Both the position numbers and the translations under genes were made by a program. The notes under the pieces were generated by a model, which did not search any database, had not been told where the DNA came from, and saw nothing but the letters and a program-made list of their open reading frames with translations. A DNA stretch of 64,000 nucleotides from Chrysomallon squamiferum (taxonomy: Eukaryota; Animalia; Mollusca). The DNA is taken from the NCBI GenBank assembly GCA_012295275.1, contig CM022665.1, forward strand, positions 20,398,001 through 20,462,000, in the 5' to 3' direction. Shown piece after piece: positions 62,846 through 64,000 of this stretch. The first letter of the stretch is position 1. Each line of letters starts with the position of its first letter.

Positions 62846-64000
62846 GGATTTAACCAGAGAACAGGATTAAAGTTTATGCTAAACCATTTGAAAATTGTAA
62901 GATGTTATCATTACAAAATGTTTCGGATTTCATTTCAGATAAGGAGTCCTCAGCCTGTAATAGCATCTTATTCAGATGTTTGCTTGAAACATTGAAATAT
63001 AGTTCTTTTGTATGTTGAAGATTTTCAAATATTATTAGTGAAACATTTGTAAAATTACCAATTGTATCCAATTTAGATGAAACAAACAATGCATGTACAT
63101 GGATGAATTACAATTTATATACTGCATATTTTATGGATGGTCTGTTTTACTGTATATAAAATATATAAATTGGTTTCTTTTTGTTTTTTGGTTCTTTTGT
63201 AGCATGTGAAATATTCTATGTTTGTTCACCAGTATGTTTGTACTAGGTTTTAACATTAATGACTGACGATAAAATAAGTATATGCAGCAAAATAAAACTG
63301 AAATATTTATTCAGAAACGTTTTGAAAATGTACATATGTATGTAAATTGAGATTATTATTGTCAGTAAAAATAATAATTACTGATATGTGGAATGTGCAG
63401 GGATGTGTCATTAAGAAACGATGTTTGGACTGAGCCATGGTTGTGCCAAGAGAAATATTTGCAATATGTTTATGTGGTTTTTTTTGTGTTTTTTTATCAC
63501 AAGATGCAAATCTAGTAATTTTCACAGGGAAGGGTGTCTAGCAGTTTTATGGTATGAAATGTGTAGCTGTATATTCAGTTAATAGTTCTGGTAAACACAG
63601 TTAAATATATTGATTCTGACCATTATGAGTAGGTCAGTTATGAGATCACTTTTTCCCCCTACCAAACAAAATACTTAATTATACTACATAGGATATTTGT
63701 GTTTATTTATGGTCTGGGTAACTTTTTTTTCTTAATTTAGTTTCTTTTGAAAATAAAACTAGAATGTATACTTTCTATCTCTGTTTATTTATTATGACAT
63801 TTCTACCAGCTATTTGTAACCATAACAACAGTGATTTAAATGTCTGTATATATATTTCATTTTTATATATAATATAAAAAATTCCAGTTTTAGCAATATT
63901 GACTAAATAATGAATTATTCATGTTGCTTAATGAATATTCAATTAATTCAACAAATACTGGGAGATGAGAATTACTATTATTATTATTATTATTCCTACA

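Overview
AT-rich, intron-containing animal genomic DNA with many (AAT)n/(TA)n/(CA)n microsatellites. It is probably from a lophotrochozoan such as a mollusc (inferred from composition and gene style only). By manual GT-AG splicing I reconstructed these genes: a CD164/endolyn-like sialomucin (-), a tandem second mucin paralog with a 30-bp VNTR (-), a PPIL6-like cyclophilin (-), an intronless Tctex1-domain dynein light chain (+), an atypical Rho GTPase lacking a terminal CAAX (-), CHMP2B (+) and a GH47 Golgi alpha-1,2-mannosidase, MAN1A-like (+). An isolated, atypical BIR-domain (IAP) exon lies between two ~430-460 bp inverted repeats. Mobile DNA comprises a complete non-autonomous hAT/Charlie element with an 8-bp TSD, a FLYWCH-bearing MULE-like element inserted in (TA)n, a hAT transposase remnant, a TTAA-flanked piggyBac-like MITE, a Tigger-like end and tRNA-SINE-like relics. 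Two observations stand out: (1) the foldback/Pack-TE-like cassette around the BIR exon; (2) about nine cases in three genes where the sequence spanning an exon boundary has been duplicated locally, producing arrays of decoy splice sites and one possible new frame-preserving exon. All exon models were read by eye and need RNA-seq confirmation.
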